A stretch of 64,000 bases of DNA from Collinsella sp. (GTDB lineage Bacteria; Actinomycetota; Coriobacteriia; Coriobacteriales; Coriobacteriaceae), in the NCBI GenBank assembly GCA_019424985.1, contig JAHYYM010000007.1:4467-68466 (forward strand), given 5' to 3'. This document shows positions 60,610 to 64,000 of this stretch, one piece after another. Under the pieces are notes generated by a model. The model ran no database searches. It was not told the DNA's origin and was given only the letters and a program-made list of their open reading frames with translations. The stretch's first letter is position 1; each line of letters starts with the position of its first letter. A program made the position numbers and the translations under genes.

Positions 60610-61608
60610 TTATTCCTCGACCGGCGTGAGCACCATGACGGCGCGTGTGTTGCTCAGCGACAGCGAACGACAGGTCACAAGCGTTACAACCTTAGTTGCC
60701 GAAGCGGCACGATCGGTGGCATCACTCGCCACGGCAGAAGCGCCGTCGAGCATCTCGGACAGGTAGTTCTTGAGTCCGTCGTCGCCCTCAAAATTGGTCG
60801 TGCGCGCCTTGGCATACGTGTCCTCGACCACCTTGGTCGCCAGCGGACGCAACTTATACGTCGCATCGCGCGTGATGTAGTACACATATTCAATGCTATC
60901 GAACGTTGCCTGGTCAGTCGTATCCGAAATCACGTTGAACATCGACCCATCGTTCATATGGTGGCCGTAGATCGTGGTCTGCTGGTCGACCATTCCCGGC
61001 GCGGTGTCATCGCTATCCAAGAAGATGGCACCCGAGGCGTTAGACGTGCCATCGAACAGCGTGTTGAGGTATTTGGAGTTGTTGTTGGTCTGCACCACGG
61101 GATAGTTGATGTTGGTTCCCGGCACGTAAATCCAACCCACAATCTCGGGGTTCGTCTGAGCAAGCGCATCAAAGTCGATAATCGGCACGCCGCTGGCGTC
61201 CTTATCGCTTACATATTGCTTCTCGATTTTCTGATACGAATCGCTCGCCTGCTTATAGCCAATCTGGGCATTAATAAAAATAGCGGCGGCGGCGACAATC
61301 AGACCGATACCGATGATGATGAGCAGAATGGGAATAATGGAGTGGCGCTTTTTGCGCGGCGGCTCGGTGCGATCCGACGGCGCGGCATGCGATGAAGACC
61401 GGGGCGGCTTCTTAGCGGAGCTATAAGACGAAGGACGATATGCGGCCGGCGCGTCCTGTCGACGATGCGTCGCCGGTGTCACGGGGCGCGGCGCGCGCGG
61501 CTGCTGAGGAGAGGATGTCCGACCCTGCTGTGCCGCACGGGCAGCACCCGGCTTCGACGGATCGGGAATCTGAGAAGCCTTGAATCGTTTTCCCTGATAA
61601 TCGGACAT
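60610..61608 (-). CDS. srtB: Class B sortase with a ~95-aa Pro/Arg/Ser-rich cytoplasmic N-terminal extension
   Basis: TM anchor, then IVGWIYVPGTNINYPVVQ, TIYGHHM (His) and VTLVTCRS (Cys). Confidence 0.8.
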   Translation of the reverse strand: MSDYQGKRFKASQIPDPSKPGAARAAQQGRTSSPQQPRAPRPVTPATHRRQDAPAAYRPSSYSSAKKPPRSSSHAAPSDRTEPPRKKRHSIIPILLIIIGIGLIVAAAAIFINAQIGYKQASDSYQKIEKQYVSDKDASGVPIIDFDALAQTNPEIVGWIYVPGTNINYPVVQTNNNSKYLNTLFDGTSNASGAIFLDSDDTAPGMVDQQTTIYGHHMNDGSMFNVISDTTDQATFDSIEYVYYITRDATYKLRPLATKVVEDTYAKARTTNFEGDDGLKNYLSEMLDGASAVASDATDRAASATKVVTLVTCRSLSLSNTRAVMVLTPVEE

Positions 61609-61643
61609 GGCTCTCCTTATACTGCGGTGAAACGGTGGGACGC

Positions 61644-62114
61644 TTAGGCGTCAGCCATCTCCTGCTTCATCTTCTCGATAACCTTGCGGTACTCGGGGTC
61701 GCAAGCACCCAGAATCTGTGTGGCATAGATGGCGGCGTTCTTGGCACCGTTGATGGCAACGCAGGCCACGGGCACGCCCGAAGGCATCTGCACCATCGAC
61801 AGCAGCGAATCCATACCGCCCAGGTCACTCGTCTTCATAGGCACGCCGATAACCGGCAGCGGCGTAAAGGCAGCCACGACACCACCCAGGTGAGCGGCCT
61901 TGCCGGCGGCGGCGATAATCACTTTGATACCGCGATCGGCGGCAGTCGAAGCCCACTCGTGGACCTTCGCCGGCGTGCGGTGCGCGCTCGCGATCACGAG
62001 CTCATAGGGCACACCCAGTGCCTCGAGCTCGGCGGTGCAGCCTTCCATAACGCCCAGATCGGACTTGGAACCCATGATGATCCCGACAACCGGCTTTTGA
62101 TCTGCCATAAACAA
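61644..62114 (-). CDS. purE: 5-(carboxyamino)imidazole ribonucleotide mutase
   Basis: VGIIMGSKSD, SAHRTP, AGKAAHLGG. Confidence 0.95.
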   Translation of the reverse strand: MFMADQKPVVGIIMGSKSDLGVMEGCTAELEALGVPYELVIASAHRTPAKVHEWASTAADRGIKVIIAAAGKAAHLGGVVAAFTPLPVIGVPMKTSDLGGMDSLLSMVQMPSGVPVACVAINGAKNAAIYATQILGACDPEYRKVIEKMKQEMADA

Positions 62115-62201
62115 AGACCTCCTGTTGAGAGCGGTGACGCAGCGAATCCGCGACCCTTAACTACTGAGAGTAGTATAGCTGCTCCCGTCCCTGCGGTCTG
62201 C

Positions 62202-62293
62202 GGGTGCCCCGCGGCGGTCTGGTGTTTTCATCTTCACTCCGGTTGCTTCGCAAAGTCGTTCAGATGAAAACACCAGACCGCCGCGGGGCACCC
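62202..62293. repeat. 92-bp perfect palindrome (32-bp stem) with TTGCTTCGCAAAG loop
   Basis: gggtgccccgcggcggtctggtgttttcatct (62202-62233) is the exact reverse complement of 62262-62293. The loop is tcactccggttgcttcgcaaagtcgttc. Confidence 0.85.
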
Positions 62294-62420
62294 TCGACCT
62301 ACCGGGGATTGCTGTGACGTACGTTGGCTGATTTGGTTTGGAATGAGATGTTGACGGTAGTCAATGGGCACAACTGTCCCGGATGCATTTCATAATGCAC
62401 CTAAATGGCTGCCTTTATCC

Positions 62421-62861
62421 TTATAGATTGTCCAGGTAATCGTCGGCATCATAGGTAAGGCTATAGGCTTTATTCAGAATGCGCACGAGCTCCTGAGCAT
62501 CGTGCTCGCCGAGCGCTGAGAGCTGCTTCGAGAGCGATGCCACACTCTCGGCATTTTTTTTCGCCGCAAAATCGCGGCCTTCCTCGGTGATGCTCACCAA
62601 CACACGCCGACGATCGTTTTGATCAGTCCTGCGCTGAATATAACCCTTGCTCTCGAGTGACTCCAAGATGTGCGACATACGCGTACGGGAGAATTTAAGC
62701 TTCTTGGCGATCTCGGAGGGAATGACATCGTCGTCAACGCCAGACAAATACTGCAGGACCGGGGTCTCACCCACACTGGCGCCACCAGCAGCACTTAACG
62801 ATCCTTTGGCCAAGGAGCGCGAGTACACAATTAATTTTCTAGCAACGTCATCGTAGTCCAC
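62421..62861 (-). CDS. MarR family transcriptional regulator
   Basis: Winged HTH (IPSEIAKKLKFSRTRMSHILESLESKGYIQRRTDQNDRRRVLV). Confidence 0.9.
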   Translation of the reverse strand: MDYDDVARKLIVYSRSLAKGSLSAAGGASVGETPVLQYLSGVDDDVIPSEIAKKLKFSRTRMSHILESLESKGYIQRRTDQNDRRRVLVSITEEGRDFAAKKNAESVASLSKQLSALGEHDAQELVRILNKAYSLTYDADDYLDNL

Positions 62862-62952
62862 CGAGTATTAAGTCCTTTACTTATCAAACAGATCTTTAGA
62901 TTAGTTGCTATGCGCAACAATTTTTATAGTAACCCACGACTCATGAATATTT

Positions 62953-63276
62953 CTACTCATTCTTCTTTCGCGCCATAAGCTCCTCAACGTTAACACCCGC
63001 CGCCTCGAGGATGCGCTCGACGTTCTTCTTTGCATTGCTCGTGCCGATCTTGAGGATGATGGAGACGGGAGCACCCACCGCCAGGCACGCAATGCCAACG
63101 GGAACGCCCCAGCCGGGCCCTCCCTGATAGCCCCACATGCCGAGCAAAAATCCAATCGCTACCAACGAATACCCCAAGCGCAGCCAAACATTGAGGCGCT
63201 GAATGGCATCGGTCTGAAGCTTAGCCTCTCGAATGAGGTCCTCTTTCGAAAGATCGTGCCCGTGTTTCTCATGCAT
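62953..63276 (-). CDS. Small two-TM membrane protein, function unknown
   Basis: 107 aa with two hydrophobic helices (LGYSLVAIGFLLGMWGY; VPVGIACLAVGAPVSIIL). Upstream of and co-oriented with marR. Confidence 0.5.
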   Translation of the reverse strand: MHEKHGHDLSKEDLIREAKLQTDAIQRLNVWLRLGYSLVAIGFLLGMWGYQGGPGWGVPVGIACLAVGAPVSIILKIGTSNAKKNVERILEAAGVNVEELMARKKNE

Positions 63277-63491
63277 TCGGTTCTCCTTTAGAAACGAGCC
63301 GCCATGTCATCTTTCAAGAGCAATATAGCGTATGTCATGTAAGGCGATGGAGGCCATGGGCTATATCGCTCTTGAAGGACGGCAGGCAACGAGCCAGTCT
63401 CCTGTGCCGCCCAAGCAGCAAACGAACGATGAGCGAAAGGCCGCGCGGCGCAAGCCGGCACGGCCTTTCGCAATTGGCAAAGAGCTGTCGA

Positions 63492-64000
63492 TTAGTACGT
63501 CAGCGCCGGGTCGAAGAAACCAATAACAACGCCCACGAATGCGATCACAACGAGGATCAGCATCATGACTATGGGGTTGACCTTCTTCTTGGTCATCATG
63601 TACCAGCAGAAGATGATGAAGATCATCGGCAGCAGGTGCGGATAGATGCCGTCGAGCGTGTCCTGGAACTTACCGCCGCCGGGCAGCACCAGGTTGGGGC
63701 TGCAGGTGATGGAGACCCAAGTTGCGCCCACGGCACCGATGACCATGGTACCGACCATCACGATGGAATCGCGAAGAGCCTTTGCCTTGGGTCCGACCAG
63801 TGCCTCGACCGCCTTGCCGCCGAGCTCATAGCCTTGGTTGTAGGCAAAGCGCATGCCAAGGAACATGAGCAGGTTCCACACGACAATATAGAAGATGGCA
63901 CCGAGCGGAGAGCCGCCGGTCGAGAGACCGAGGGCGATACCGAGCAGGATCGGGATCAGGGTACCGACGATCAGCGAGTCGCCAAGGCCGGCGAGCGGGC
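63492..64000 (-). CDS. PTS mannose/fructose/sorbose family IID component (5' end outside the window)
   Basis: The frame stays open to the window edge. ...GDSLIVGTLIPILLGIALGL..., LLPMIFIIFCWYMMTKKKVNPIVMMLILVVIAFVGVVIGFF matches the ManZ C-terminus. Confidence 0.8.
   Translation of the reverse strand, partial: PLAGLGDSLIVGTLIPILLGIALGLSTGGSPLGAIFYIVVWNLLMFLGMRFAYNQGYELGGKAVEALVGPKAKALRDSIVMVGTMVIGAVGATWVSITCSPNLVLPGGGKFQDTLDGIYPHLLPMIFIIFCWYMMTKKKVNPIVMMLILVVIAFVGVVIGFFDPALTY

Noticed and set aside
62115-62201. Purine riboswitch or PurR-type control element upstream of purE (and of purF at 58519-58640)
   Set aside because: No guanine/adenine riboswitch core (three-way junction consensus) is visible. 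Only isolated -10-like hexamers (TATACT, TATAAT) were seen, which is insufficient.

Overview
This is a high-GC chromosomal window (roughly 60-65% by eye). Gene content and protein sequences fit a Coriobacteriia-type (Actinomycetota) gut anaerobe best, but the taxon is an inference. I can support 58 protein-coding genes (49 on the minus strand) and one initiator-type tRNA-Met. There is no rRNA, CRISPR array, intact IS or prophage. The only recognisable defence-type module is a PIN / RelB-DinJ toxin-antitoxin pair.

Core genes: glmU-prs-pth, purF-purM-purN, purE, a fused folP-folK, coaX, xth, a Sir2 deacylase, nfnAB-like ferredoxin/NADP oxidoreductase, a polar amino acid ABC operon, PPIase and yqeY.

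Accessory or less usual content:
- An NRAMP homolog with the NRMT (Mg2+) binding-site substitutions, apparently co-transcribed (8-nt gap) with a PRC/MgtE_N/CBS membrane protein. A CorC/CNNM gene lies nearby.
- A compact ech-type group-4 [NiFe] hydrogenase operon with fused EchA-EchB.
- A MacB-type ABC exporter, and an ABC-2 exporter with a divergent LuxR-type two-component system.
- An ECF transporter module.
- An OYE/FAD enoate-reductase-like enzyme next to an IS150 OrfA-only relic.
- An orphan class B sortase.

The most striking signal the genes do not explain is a dense set of structured intergenic repeats:
- Two arrays of alternating-orientation hairpins (BIME/REPIN-like).
- Five ~160-bp MITE-like elements nested in a higher-order composite that occurs at two loci.
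- A mosaic CATTGGGGAC-core family that abuts or overlaps stop codons.
- A perfect 3 x 48-bp tandem repeat joined to a 34-bp perfect inverted repeat.
- Two very long perfect palindromes that share only their loop sequence.

Many long antisense ORFs in the six-frame track are high-GC shadow ORFs and are not reported.
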